64,000 bases of DNA from Pseudovirgaria hyperparasitica (Eukaryota), in the NCBI GenBank assembly GCA_010093815.1, contig ML996568.1, one strand, 5' to 3'. Position 1 is the first letter of the stretch. Every line of letters starts with the position of its first letter. The translations under genes were made by a program, and so were the position numbers. Positions 21,797-36,377 of this stretch are shown here, piece after piece. Under the pieces are notes generated by a model. The model worked only from the letters and a program-made list of their open reading frames with translations, did not search any database and had not been told where the DNA came from.

Positions 21797-24021
21797 TCAT
21801 CGATGAGCCGTCATTGCCTCCACGAGGGTTCGACTACCATTCTTTTGCTGGGACTTTGCCCTCGGTGATGTTACCGACGAATTACGTTCGTTTGCATTAG
21901 CGATTGGTGTGCTCGTATCTGGCATGGAATGCATAAGTGGACCAACAGAGACGACCTCACGCATCGCCATATTCGCAGCCACTTCATCTTTTGCTTGTTG
22001 TTTTGTCATAGCCTTTTTCTTCGCCTCCATCCGATTGAATCGGCCCCGAGCACCATGCTTAATCTTCGTGATCATATCTCCCGCACGACCTTTAGTGATA
22101 TCTTGTGCCTTAAGTTTATCGTCCTCGGCTCTGAATTTGTTGAGAAACTCAAGCTGTCCACTTGATGCTGGAGTCCTACGCCAACTCTGATGTTTCGATA
22201 TGAAAATGAACTGGAAGACTTCGGTTGCAAACGTGTCGGCAGCATGTACGGCATGCTCGAATGTCTCCGAGTCCGCAACTTGACGAGGCTTCGCAAAGGG
22301 AACTTTAGACTTCGCGGAGAAGGGCAGCTTTTGGGTATACTTAACATGAAAGCCGCTGTCACTTGGCTCAATGGTTAAGTAATCACCTTTCTGGGTCGTC
22401 AAGACATACCGGTCATCACCCACGCCAACCCACGCATTTTGACTCAATCGCCGAATCAGCCTTTCCTCTGCGGTGTCCTCAAGTAGATCGGCAACGGAGT
22501 CGTAGTCAGTGAAACTGATGGAGGTGTTTGCACGAGGAGTGGCAGTAGGTAAATCTTTCCGCGCAAGGTCGGCAGCCTGTTTCTCACGGTCCAACTCTTG
22601 CTCTTTCCGCTCGCGAAGGGTCTTCATCTCGCCAACACTGGCATTCTCAACAACAGAAGCTGGATCAAGTCCAAAGAGGGTTGGCGTAGACACGATCCCA
22701 GTATTCAGAGAGGCTACCATGTCAATGATGTGACAGTTCTCCTTGTTTGCATGGAGTCGCATGCCCCGTCCTATCATCTGAACTAGGAGATTACGTGACT
22801 TCGTTGGTCGAGCAAGCAGCACACAATCAATATTGGGTATGTCAGTGCCTTCCGTGAAGACACCGCAGTTGAGCAACACTGGGAACTCCCCATTACGAAA
22901 TGCGTCTAGGCGAGCACTGCGAGTTTTCTTTGGAGTATCTCCCGTTACAAATTGTGCGTCGTAACCATGCTTTCGAAACGTCGCCGTAAGCTGAGTGACG
23001 TGATTAAGATCTACGCAGAAGACAAGTGTCGACTTGCGACTACCTGCCTTAGCCATCCATGCTCGTACAGTGATCTCATTGATCTCGTCGGTGTTCACGA
23101 CCTTGGAAAGAGCACCAGCCTGGAAATCGCCGGTGGGCATAGTACCCACCTTTCGAATGTCAGCATGGGATTCAACTGTTGTAAATATAACATCTGACAG
23201 CCATTTTTCGCCGATCATATCAATGTAGTCCCTGAATTGTGTGAGCAGTAATTGTTGAGCGTGTAAAAGCGACATACTTGTGGAAAACGATTTGATCAAT
23301 CACTTGACCGAGCTGTCTCCCGTCAAGGCGTGAAAAGGTTGCCGACACTCCCACTAGTGCGGTTCCATGCTCAGAGCTTGATGAGTCTTTCAGATTGAAA
23401 TGATCCAGCACGTCGAGGTATTGTGATGCAACGATATGGTGTGCCTCGTCCACTAACACCAGCTTATATCGTGAAGGGTCGAACTTGCAGGTTCGATCGC
23501 TAGACCTTATGCTTTGGACCGAGGCTACGGTTATATCTGCCATACCACTAGCATGTATATTCCCCATCTCGATCTCGACTGACTTGTGTGGGTAAGCATT
23601 CTGGCAGTGACGCGCAGCCTGTTCTACAAGTTCACGCCGGTGAGCAAGAACTAGCGTACGTGTCGCTCGCTTGTTCGGGGGCTGGATGCGATCGATCAAT
23701 TGTGTGAAAATGACCTATGGCAGTCAGTAAGAACAAGATAGCAACGGAAGATAGCATGCGTACTGTCTTTCCGCTTCCGGTAGCCAGAGATATTCCGAGC
23801 CGCCTGTGTCCATCTTTCAAGTATGATAATACTGCCTGTATACATTCTTCTTGATAGCTGCGAAGTTTGATGGCTGTTGGGGTTTGAGGCGAGAGTGCCT
23901 TTTTGTCTTCATGGCAGGTGATTTTCGAGACACGGGCAGTAAATGCTCTTTGGGTAAGGGTCTGGACATTCTTCTTATATATCAATGACCGTCGAGCCTC
24001 TGCGCAGAACAATCTGTACAT
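21797..24021 (-). CDS. IRC3: Mitochondrial SF2 DEAH helicase Irc3 (3 exons)
   Basis: LRSYQ Q-motif, [39 protein letters not shown]; Arg-rich N-terminus [12 protein letters not shown]; introns at about 23716-23763 and 23233-23278. Confidence 0.92.
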
Positions 24022-24256
24022 GTGGAGACGGTGTTGAGCAGCCAGGAGGGCGCATCGTAGGCACGGGCAAACGTCACCGAGAAGGCGCGCCAAGTGATGC
24101 CAAGCACTCCCACTTTCACACGATTTGACGCGCGGTCACGTTTCCCAGCCAAACTTTCAATTCTTTTGTAGCCAATTTTCTAGGACTCCACAGGCAACCA
24201 CTTGGACAGCTCGAGTCCGAAGCTTCAAATGTTTATGGATCTAGATCGTAGACCAC

Positions 24257-26470
24257 ATGGCGTCGCAAGACCCCATTTCCAACGACGAAGGAGAAAGTGA
24301 TTCCGAAGATTCATATTTCCGTACTACTCCAATTCGACAGCGTGCACCTGTAAAGAATGTCTTTGACGAAACGACATCCGACTCTGAAGTAGATGAGTCT
24401 GAAGTGGAGATTGCTGAGCCAGAGGAGTTCAAGGCAGGGAATTCTGAGCCAGAAAGATCCAAAGTAGAGAATTCTGAGTCCGAACGCAAGGACGCGAAAT
24501 CTGGAGCCCAGAAATCACATACCAAATCTTCTTCGAGAGTGATTTCATCGTCTTCTGCGAGCCGCAAGCGTAAGACTAGAGATACCACGCCCCATCATCG
24601 GAGGAGACATCACAGGTTGGCTGGGCACTACATCGATGAGTATCGCCTGCTTTACAACGAAGAAGTAAGGGGTGCTTGCAACAAGAACCCAGCTCAGGAT
24701 CCCCAATACCAATGTCTCAATTCACAGATTGGTTCGTCGATATGGACTGCCAGAGAGAAGAATGTGATGTTCTGCGCACTCGCCAGATTTGGGATAGACG
24801 CGTTACCTAAGATTACTGCCGCAATAGGAACAAAGTCTGAGATACAGGTCCGCGAATACATCCTTCTGCTCCAGGATGGACTAAAGGAGCACGTACTCAA
24901 TGATCAGCAATTGTATTTGTCTGAATTTGGCGACGTGGATGCCGCGGTAGAACTCAGCGAAGAGTGTTGTAGGAGCTTGGACATGGCAGGTGAAGCTTTA
25001 TCTTGGCGGCAAGACAAGTTCGATGCTGAAGCGGAGAAGAAGAAGCATGGAGCTTACTGGCTTCTCACCCCGGAGACGGCCGAGCAAATCGAAGACGCGA
25101 GAGCAGCAGGCATGGAGGAGCACGCTGCTGGATCACAGACCGACGGTGAACAGCCAGATGACCCAAGTTCTGATCAAGGGCTTAGTAATGAAGCCATGTC
25201 CTCCCATGCACTCGCATCCGTCCCAGCTGCAGATCTATTGAACCTCCCGAACTGGATCTCTCTCTCCGAGCGCGTCTTCATGAACTCCAAAGCCGAACAT
25301 TGGGAAGACATCTGTGACCCCGGAGAGTCCCCGTCCATCTACTACACCACTTTCCAAGACTTCCACCAGCTAGCCATCAGTATCACACGACGTTTGGTCC
25401 AAGCAACTATCTTCCAAGCATCCTCCCGCATCCGCTCTGAGAATTATCGCCCTTCAAGGAACCCGCAAGCTCGAGTTCGCGAATGGGACGTGCAGGCTGC
25501 AATAGACGTGCTGGGGATGAAGCACAACTCGAAGGATTACTGGGCGACCCTGCCCCGAAGACTAGATCTCGACGTATATGAACGACCGCCATCTAACACG
25601 AGAAAGAATACAGCTGACTCTGGTCGGAGTGTGTTGACCCAGGCATACGTGGAGTACCAACTTGGCCTGTCTCATTTCACCGAAGCCTCGACTGCTTCTG
25701 GAACCCTGGCAACCGAAGCAGCAGAACCCAATGAGCCATCCGACACAGTCTCTTCGTCCTCCTCCAACGACGACGACGACGACATGTCGGTTTCCGACAC
25801 AGACCCTCACACCACCGCCTCTGAACTTCGCGCAGAATACATCGACGCCCAGCGCTCTCGCGCCGAAGAGCTGCGCCTCTGGGACATGCTCCAGCTCTCC
25901 CCACCACCCTTTCTCGCAACGCCATCCTCCAACCCAGCACCTCAGCAATCCAACTCCCGGCCCACCATCTCTGACCTCACATCCTGGCGCGACACCACCA
26001 CATACACCCCTTTATGGAGCACGCACGGCGGCATGAAGCGCATCAAAACCCACGCCCCTGCCCGCGCCCGCTCGCACGGCGACACCAACCCCAACCCCAA
26101 CGACACCGAAAACCCGCATCCTAACGTCTACATACCGAAACGCTTCCGCACGCCTCCGCCCTCGCTCCCCGCAGCCAAAGTACCCCGCCCAGACCCCAAG
26201 GTTCCGAAGCCTGTACCCCACTCCGCTCGCACGACTGCTTCTCAAAAGGCTGCTGCCAAGGCGCGTGCCATCGAGGGCACGCCGCTGGCTTGGGATGATT
26301 CTGAACCCGAGGATGTGCCAGAAGGAGGATTGTTGGTTGGGCCGTCTGAGCCGCGGATATTGCCGCAGAGGAGGGCGAGAGAGGAGGCGAGAGAGGGTAT
26401 GGGCGCGGTGGAATATCCTGCATGGGAAGATGATGAAGGAAGTGAAGGGGAGTGGAGGGGTGAGACGTAG
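24257..26470 (+). CDS. RRN5: Myb/SANT-like protein, RNA polymerase I UAF subunit Rrn5-like
   Basis: 737-aa intronless ORF; SQIGSSIWTAREKNVMFCALARFG...IGTKSEIQVREYILLL, AAVELSEECC, LSERVFMN, ITRRLVQATIF match recalled fungal Rrn5 features. Confidence 0.75.
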   Translation: MASQDPISNDEGESDSEDSYFRTTPIRQRAPVKNVFDETTSDSEVDESEVEIAEPEEFKAGNSEPERSKVENSESERKDAKSGAQKSHTKSSSRVISSSSASRKRKTRDTTPHHRRRHHRLAGHYIDEYRLLYNEEVRGACNKNPAQDPQYQCLNSQIGSSIWTAREKNVMFCALARFGIDALPKITAAIGTKSEIQVREYILLLQDGLKEHVLNDQQLYLSEFGDVDAAVELSEECCRSLDMAGEALSWRQDKFDAEAEKKKHGAYWLLTPETAEQIEDARAAGMEEHAAGSQTDGEQPDDPSSDQGLSNEAMSSHALASVPAADLLNLPNWISLSERVFMNSKAEHWEDICDPGESPSIYYTTFQDFHQLAISITRRLVQATIFQASSRIRSENYRPSRNPQARVREWDVQAAIDVLGMKHNSKDYWATLPRRLDLDVYERPPSNTRKNTADSGRSVLTQAYVEYQLGLSHFTEASTASGTLATEAAEPNEPSDTVSSSSSNDDDDDMSVSDTDPHTTASELRAEYIDAQRSRAEELRLWDMLQLSPPPFLATPSSNPAPQQSNSRPTISDLTSWRDTTTYTPLWSTHGGMKRIKTHAPARARSHGDTNPNPNDTENPHPNVYIPKRFRTPPPSLPAAKVPRPDPKVPKPVPHSARTTASQKAAAKARAIEGTPLAWDDSEPEDVPEGGLLVGPSEPRILPQRRAREEAREGMGAVEYPAWEDDEGSEGEWRGET

Positions 26471-26729
26471 GGGAGCGAGGGGAGGCGAAGGGGAGAGAGA
26501 TGGGGAGCGAAGTAAGGATCATATGGTGGGGGAATTAGTTGTGCGTACTAGTACTAAGATTACTATTAAAAAAGAGATGTTGCGGGTATCAAAAACACTC
26601 GTGACTTGCCAAAGTATACGTAGAGGGCACATTACATGTCCAGATGGCTCTAGATCCCTCTCAGATCGCTATGCATCTTCAACTTAGAACCCCCGAGTCG
26701 GCCTTCCTTCTCCCTTTGAGGCTTTACAG

Positions 26730-28957
26730 CTACGCCTGTTCTAGTTGAGGCGGTGCACTCACCACCGACTTCAATCCTTCATTCTCACCACCTTCCATGC
26801 TCTCCTCTATACCTTCAGTTCCGGGCCCAACAGTCGCCGGCGTCTTCACCTCCTCGACAGGCTTCATCTTAACATCGACTGCGACCGCTGCCTGCGGCAC
26901 ACTGCTACTTCTCTTCTCCACTATTTCCGTCACCCCACGAGGAACGCCCGCACTCGCTGTCCTCGCGCCCCACCCTGTCTTTCTCTTTTCGCTCGCCCAC
27001 GCGCCCCAACTACTCAAATAAGCCCCCGCCCTCGTTCCTGCTGCCTGCACACTTGCCTGTGCCTGCGCGAAATCTGGTCTCCGTACGCCGCCTGCGGTCT
27101 CGGGTGGTCTCTCACCGCGTGCAATCGCCGCGTCGCGCTCTGCCTTGACCTCCTCAGCCCTCCGCCGCTGTGCCTCGCGTACGGCCTCCATCTCTGCCCA
27201 TATGCTGTTGAACGCAGTGCTAACTTTCTTCTGTCCTGCCGCGAGCTGCTTACTGGCGAATTCTCGACCGGCACCGAAGCGTTCATCGAGGTGCAAATCG
27301 GCAACTTGTGCTGCGAGACGGCGCTGAACATCATCGATACTGAGGCCGCCGGAGCACGGGTGTTTAGGTTCGACGATATCGAAAAGATGCGAGTCTGTGA
27401 AGCGGTCGAAGAGCCGATAGTTCTCCGTGCGCTTCCAGGCGGTGAAGAAGTCGGAGCCGAATTCGCTAGAGGGATCGCCGTCGATATCCGCGTTGACTAT
27501 TGTATTTGTGGGACCGTGGGTGGCGAGGTAGGAATGGAGTTTTGCGGCCGACAGCATGGCAAGAAGGTATTCTTCGAACTGCAAGCGAATGAACTCTTCA
27601 GAGCCGGCGTAGCCGAGGGTTTTCGGGCGGGTGGGGTTTGCGGGATCCCAAGTGTCGTTGACGGTTTGGGTGAGGAAGTCGATCCAACGACGGTCGGGCA
27701 CGGATAGGACAAGGGCCTGGCGGAGGCTCGCAGACATTATATTTATGGTATTTTCGTCTAAATTGATGAGGATATCAGAATAGCGATCTTTCTGTTGAAG
27801 CAGAAGTGAGTTTGTCGAGCCGACGATATATGATTTGGTCCCGTAATCGGCGAGCATGTCGAGTTGCTGGAGGGGCGTGTAGGGGCCAAAGAGAGCCCCT
27901 TTTCCAAAAATCTGAAGCGGCAGACCCATATACGCGAGAAGAGAGGCGCGGTCGCTAGTCTTGAGAGAGGTCGGTCGAACGAAGTCGTCTTCGTATGAAT
28001 TAAACGTTGGGTCGGCGCAGTCTTGCAGATGGCGAATCAGCCGGGGTATCAAGGAAATCAATGCAAATTGCACCATGCAAACTTCCTCGCAATGCGAACC
28101 GAAGAACAGCATCTACAGGAATTAGCGCGAGGTATAGACTGGGAAACATTAATATACTTTTGGTTGTAGTAAAGCACATTTGAAAAGAACGAGAGTCTGA
28201 TACTTGAACTTGTGTATGAATTCCCGAAGAGAGAGACCTTAAAAGATCAGCATTCGATTACAACAGATTGTACGAGTCATCCTACCAAAGTAGTGATCTT
28301 TCTCCTCGGCTTGATCACGGAACGTCTTTGCAAGACTCTCTTGAAATCTCTAGTATCTGATCAGTGTCTTTGCTTCAATGAATGCCAATAATGTTTTCTC
28401 GGGACCAGCTGTTTCTAGCATACCTGTAATATATCCACATCTGTAAAGTCCCTCTGGTCAAACCAAGCCTTCGTAACTACACTCAACTTCTCTTTGACCT
28501 GCCCGAACGCAGCCACGCTCTCCCTCCCGCCTATGACAACGACAGCTTTCTGCACCGTACTCCTCGTCACATCGGCTGGTCGGTCTATCAACAACGTGCT
28601 GTCCAATTGTCTCGTACAACTGATACCAAATAAACTCGTAGCTTTGAAAACATCCGTAGCCTCGCGACGAAGTGTAAAGTAGGAAAAGTCTTCTGTGGAC
28701 GCATGCGCACCGTCCGAGAGCGCCATGAAAGGGAGGAGGGGCCATTCGTTTTCATGGGCAGGGTCACTGGACGGGGGAACGCCGTACCAGGATTCAACTT
28801 CAGGGCCACTGGAAGACTTGTTAGCATATGAGCTTGCTTCATGATGGTGCATAGTGGAAGGGGTAGCGCTGGAACAGACATGCACTCACCGTGCATGGTG
28901 GAAACCCACAACGCAGACGATGGGATCGAACGGCTCCATACCCGCCATGGCGTTCAT
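26730..28957 (-). CDS. AVL9: Late secretory pathway protein Avl9 (DENN-like), 5 exons
   Basis: VCVVGFHHAR/GPEVE, LPFMALSDGAH, LFGISCTRQ, RSTVQKAVV, PLQIFGKGALFGPYTPLQQ, GSEEFIRLQFEEYL; four GT-AG introns; start 28957 or 28948. Confidence 0.93.
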
Positions 28958-29869
28958 ATACGTGTAGGATATCCTGTTCGTGCCTCCGCCTACACACTTC
29001 GAAAATCCACGAGGTTGCACGACAATTCGTCCGCAATCACAGTCGAGAGTCCATTCCGATTCGGTCTCGTCAAGTTGTCGCTGAGCAAGGCGAACGGTGG
29101 TAGCGACAAGCGGAAGGTCTGCAGTGCCCAGATTAAGAAGACGCTGTGAACGGTTGGAGAAGTGTGTGATCCAGGGATTCGTATAGCGCGTATCGTATAG
29201 GGGAAGTTGTCGAGTGTTTCTTCTAAGTTCCCACCATGGCTAAGTGGAGGTCAGTCGATCGAGTCCCTACCCAGCCGGGCTTAGTGCGGGGCATGGATCT
29301 ATGGATAGATCGATCTAATTGATCTCAATATTAGCTCCGTAGTCAAGTCTTTTACTTGTCGAATCCATTGCACGCTTCTAACGCTTTCTGCCACATATCT
29401 ATGCACGCCTCATCGACTGGATTTTTATAACGGAAATGTACGAATGAGGTCATGCACGATTCGGGGCAAGCCATGATGCACAGCGGCTTCGCGCGTGACG
29501 CATGACTGCATGCAATGGAATGCATGAGTTTGGTACAGACTCTTGCACTTTGAACTCGTTGTTTTGATCGTTATTTCATTCATTTGCACTGGGACGTGCT
29601 AAGCTAAGCTCGAAGAACAAACAGCACAAGTGCTCAAGGGGAGCAAAGGAACAATGCAAGAGGTTTGGTTCGTTCCCCGAAAGACGCCTCGGCGCTTCTT
29701 TCTGATAGCTTCATGTCACTGCGGCGCATCGGTAGTGCTTATCGATCCTGATACCGAAGGTGCATTAATGCGCTCCGTATCCGGCGCCAGGAAACGTGCA
29801 GAAATGTGGGAATACATATTTCCATCATTACCCCGTCATCTCCAAATTCAACGCCTAATGAGCTGCGTG

Positions 29870-31372
<1,503 letters not shown>

Positions 31373-32484
31373 GATGAAAGATAATGGATATTATCAGCGT
31401 CTACAGAGGACGATTCGAGGTGGGTGCAGAAGCTGGAGAGGTCCTGTGAATGTGGCGGTGTCGGGAGCTGGAACGAGGGGCAATGGTTGTGGTACGGGGA
31501 CACACGAGATGACCCGATGGAGGGGAAAGGGATCGCGCGCACCGCTCGGGAGGTTTGATTGAGGACGAGGAGGACAAGCGATGAAGATGATGAGAACAGA
31601 GTAGAAACAAATGACAGTGTGCAGGGCTTGGAAAGAAGTTTGGCGCGAGCAAGCGGCGAGGAGAGGAGGGTTGTGGACGGCGAACAGAGTGGAGGAAGAA
31701 AGCCAGAGCCAGACCAAGTTGTGGCGGTCTAAGCAACAATAGACTGTAAGGTGTAGTAGACGACAACAGAGACTGCGCAACTAATCATCTATCTACCTAG
31801 TAAGCAGCCGACTTGAGCTAGATTGGACAAGTATCCTTATTCTGCTGCCGAACGAGGCGCGTAACGAGCAAGCTGTTGGAAGAAGGCTCCAATGCCAATG
31901 AGAAAAGGGCAAACCTTTGCTGATAACCGGGCAGCCAGGTATGATGAAGACGTCAGGAGCCAGGAACAGCTCGAGATCGCGATCAGATGGAGGAACAGCT
32001 GCAGCAGGAATTCATTAGCGGCGTGGTGGGCCAGAAAGAAATGACCGGGGAGGGTTGTGATTACCTCATCATCTGTTATTTGGAACGTGTTGACGGAGAG
32101 TCGCCCTGGGCACCGCGTTAAGGAAGCTTAGGTAATTAATCAAGCACAATCAGGTACGCATACCATGCATTAGGTAATTAGTAATATAAAGATGGATGGA
32201 TCATGGGCAGCAGCGAGCGAGTACACAGTATAACTCGACGCCACAGACCAGTGTTGAGCGCCAGCTTGAGGCCTGTCCTTTGCTTCTTGCTCTCCTGTTG
32301 CTCCATCGAGAGTCAAGGAACGAATGGCTTTGTTTGATGAACACATGGCACATGGCACATGGCAGCCATGATCGTTATCAGCCCCCATGGACAAGGAACA
32401 AATGGAACAAATCACCTCGTCTCACACGTCTTTCCGCTCTTTCGCGCATATCAATCATTTTGCCCACGCCCACGCCTCGTCCCG

Positions 32485-32549
32485 TGTGCTGTGCTGTGTT
32501 GTGCTGTGCTGTGTTGTGCTGTGCCGTGCTGAACTGTGCTGTATTGTGC
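32485..32549. repeat. Imperfect pentanucleotide microsatellite (TGTGC)n
   Basis: About 13 tandem TGTGC/TGTGT-like units in the HOG1/G-alpha intergenic region. Confidence 0.9.
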
Positions 32550-34248
32550 GCTGCAATCTAGTTTCACTCTACGGATCACATGCCCCGCATGTTCCATGCG
32601 TACATGATACATTGCATACACATTTACATTTGCCTCATTACCATATGTAGCCAACCTTCCACCACCCCTAGAAGTCCGCATTCGATCGTTTTGTTCATCA
32701 TTGTGTGTGCTATACAAGCAGCACGCCCTATCGGGTTGCACGATGCGGCAATGGAACGCCACCTCGTACCTCACTCTCAATATGGACACAACCAGCACTC
32801 GCTGAGATTCAGGTATGCCACTACCATATTCCGTTGACTCGTCAACGCGTTTATCCCAAAACTGGATATCTATAATATCGCAAGGATACACAAATCTGTT
32901 GGGTGATTCATCAGGGTCACCATGTAACTAACTATTCCTCACTTTCCAAAGCGTCGTACTAAGCGCCATGACAGCCTCGCGCGATCAAAGGTCCCTAGAC
33001 CTTGTCGTGAGACAACGTGGAGGTGACGTTGAACAGCCTTTCCATTCCTCATCTCCGATACATCTGAAGATATCCGATGCATAAGTATGAGTATTAACGG
33101 AAGTTGAAAGTCCACCTAATTTGTGTTCAGACTCTACCTCCCTAACCTAAAGTATAGCCAGCTAACCGCTTCCTGGTCATGTTAAACACAGCTACGGCCA
33201 GTGCCACCCATATAACAGTGATAACGGAGTGAGTGGCTTACAGGTGCACATGATGCCAGCGATAACGAATCCATACTGCATCTTTCAGTGCACACTTTTG
33301 CACGGCGCGACCTTCTTTTCATCTACATCCATAATGGAGATGTATAGTGAGCGAATTCATGTAGATACAGCAGTAGTCCGTTGCTGAGAAGGATGTGCAA
33401 ATTTGGTCATCATATATTTCTGCGGATTTGCATCATCTGCTGTTTTTTTTCTTTCATTGTTCTACACCTGGGCGTGGCAGACTTGTCAGCTCGTGAGTTT
33501 CGAGTGGTGCGAGGCCCAGCCAATCCATTGCTGGACTGTACTGGTAGGTAGGTCTCAGGTAGGTCTCCGGTGTGGGGAAGAACGCCTGCCTCAGCGCACC
33601 CTTCTAACTCGCCAACCTACGCCTGAACACTGCTGCTTCACACCTCACACCTGCATCTCCATAGCCATCTCTCCATCCCGAAATCCGCCTTCGCAAGCGC
33701 TTTGTGCTCAGCCTCTTCCCCCTCTCGACAAACTCCGTCCACTCTTAATCATTGCCCCGACCAGCGATCGATGCCGGTTTGAGCTCTGTGATCAAGCGCA
33801 CAGACTATTGCGTGAATCCACAGTCACCACGACCACACGACTGCTCATTACGACCACCATCGTAGCTTTACGCATCCCTCAACCACGATCGTCACACTCG
33901 AACCTATCTCCTTCAGCAGGTTTATACTTGTTAGTGGTGGAGGCTCTCCTCCAGTACCGGCTTTACAGATCTGGCGGGCGCCACCGGGTCGGACGCTTGA
34001 GCGAAGCGTTAACAACCCTCGATCTTTCAGGACCCCAATACCATACACAACAACATACGGACAGTCCGTGGTACAACTTCATATACCACTGTGTAACTCC
34101 TGCTCGCCGTGTTTCAGTCGCGAGAGCGTTCAGCCGGTTTCTCTCGTGGTCAGCCGCTTGACAGCGCAAGCGGCGATTATTGGCCACTCCCGCTCGCACA
34201 GAATTGTGCGACTGGACTTGACGCGAGTCCATTCAACATTACTACACC

Positions 34249-35576
34249 ATGGGGATGTGTATGAGCACACATAACGACGATGCCGAGCAGAGAAAGCGAA
34301 GTCAAGCAATTGACCGGAAGCTAGAAGAAGATTCGCGGCGGCTTCGGCGGGAATGCAAGATATTACTTCTTGGTGAGAGCACACTGGATTTCTGGGCGAA
34401 ACCGACGGTCTCACTAACTATATGACGGTAGGATCTGGTGAGAGCGGGAAGTCTACAATCGTCAAACAGATGAAGATCATTCATCAAAATGGGTACACCA
34501 TGGAAGAGCTGGCGTTGTATCGTCTAACGATATTTAAGAACGTAATCGACTGTGCGAAGTCACTCATCGGAGCCATGCGGCAATTTGATATTGACCCTGA
34601 GAACCCTGGCAATGGCGAACTCTGCGAATACTTGATGGACTACACGGTGGACCCTGACCCCGAGAAACCGCTCGATTTCAAAGTTGGCCAAGCCGTCAGT
34701 TCATTATGGCGAGATCCGTGTATTCCAAAGGTTATGGAACACTCGAGTGAATTCTATATCATGGATTCTGCGCCTTAGTTAGTCAATGCACCGGTCATTT
34801 ACCATATATGCTGATACAGTATGCAGCTTCTTCGAAGAGGTCAACCGAATAGCATCTAATGACTATATACCGGTGGAAGCCGACGTGCTTCGCGCACGTA
34901 CGAAAACTACTGGGATTTACGAGACTCGCTTCACCATGGGTCAATTGAGCATACAGTAAGTGTTCCTAGTAGTGCACTCGCATAAGGTCCCCTCTGACGA
35001 CTATGCCAGTATGTTCGATGTAGGTGGTCAGCGTAGTGAGAGGAAGAAGTGGATACATTGTTTCGAGAACGTAACGTCCATCATCTTCTGCGTTGCCTTG
35101 AGTGAGTATGATCAAGTTCTCCTAGAGGAGAGCAGCCAAGTGAGTTGAACAGCGCCTTAGACCTATTTTTACACTGACGATCACTAGAATCGCATGATGG
35201 AGAGTCTGGTACTCTTTGATTCTGTGGTCAATTCGAGGTGGTTCATGCGCACGAGTATTATCTTGTTTCTGAACAAGGTGGATTTGTTTAAAGCTAAACT
35301 CGCGAGATCGCCACTTGGTACATATTTCCCTGATTACTCCGGTGGCAACGATGTCAACCGAGCGGCCAAGTATCTCCTGTGGAGATTCAACCAAGTCAAC
35401 CGTGCTCATCTCAATCTATATCCTCAGTATGTCAATTTTGTTGCTTTCGAGGTACTCATATGCTCATGCAATCTAGTCTGACACAAGCCACCGACACATC
35501 GAATATTCGATTGGTGTTCGCTGCGGTGAAAGAGACCATCCTACAAAATGCACTCAAAGACTCTGGAATATTATGA
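34249..35576 (+). CDS. Heterotrimeric G-protein alpha subunit, group III (Gpa2/GanB/GNA-3 type), 6 exons
   Basis: MGMCMS acylation start, [46 protein letters not shown]...ALKDSGIL; five GT-AG introns. Confidence 0.96.
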
Positions 35577-36377
35577 TCTCGTCGACCCTACCCTTCTGAT
35601 TATACCAACCACTTCTGCCCGAACGACCGCTACACAACTCGAGATCACCCTTGGATCTTTCGCGCAACGGTACTGCATCAGTCAAAATGGTCTTAAGGCA
35701 AGACCGTACTTTTTTTCAAGCGAGCATCGGAGTTCAGGCGCTTAATAGGTTTTTTTGGGTTGTGACACAGGACAAAGCCTGATACGACGGCGCACAATCG
35801 ACTTACATTACAGCCAGTTTCCTTTTCTCAAACTCCAAAAGAAATGCAGGTTCCTACCTCAGTTCTCCCGCACTTGCATAATTGGGACGGCCCCTTCCCG
35901 ATTGCCATACACAGGGGTGATGTACATGGTCGCTATCCGCATTATAGCACATTTTCTATATACGGCATCCCCATGGCGTCATAAATGAGGAATGCAGGCA
36001 CACGGATGTAACCACACCCCAGGCAAGCGACTGCAAAAGTACTTGTATGATCGGTCAAGAAGATTTATCTTTGGAATGCTTGGCCTATGGCGATGCTTAA
36101 GACCAGTCCGTAACGGACTGCATCGATAGCCTTCAGCTTATGTATAGACCAAATGCCGCTGAAAGACTGACACATCAATCAGCTGATCGGCCGGCGAAAA
36201 TTAAGGGACGGTACACCCAGCAAGCCACAGAGCTCGTTAGGGGAATACATGCAAGCGAGCCAGATGTAGACCTCAATCATATCGTTATCAGATCACAAAG
36301 TGCCGTTTCCATTGCTGTGCTAGATTGTATTACCGCTTATAGGTCTCGAATTTGGCGAATCCGATGAACAGGTAGTA

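Noticed and set aside
26745..27707. 320-aa + strand ORF
   Set aside because: Antisense to the GC-rich AVL9 last exon.
33403..34161. 252-aa + strand ORF upstream of G-alpha
   Set aside because: Starts at TTG, has no in-frame Met and no recognisable domain; better explained as 5' leader sequence.
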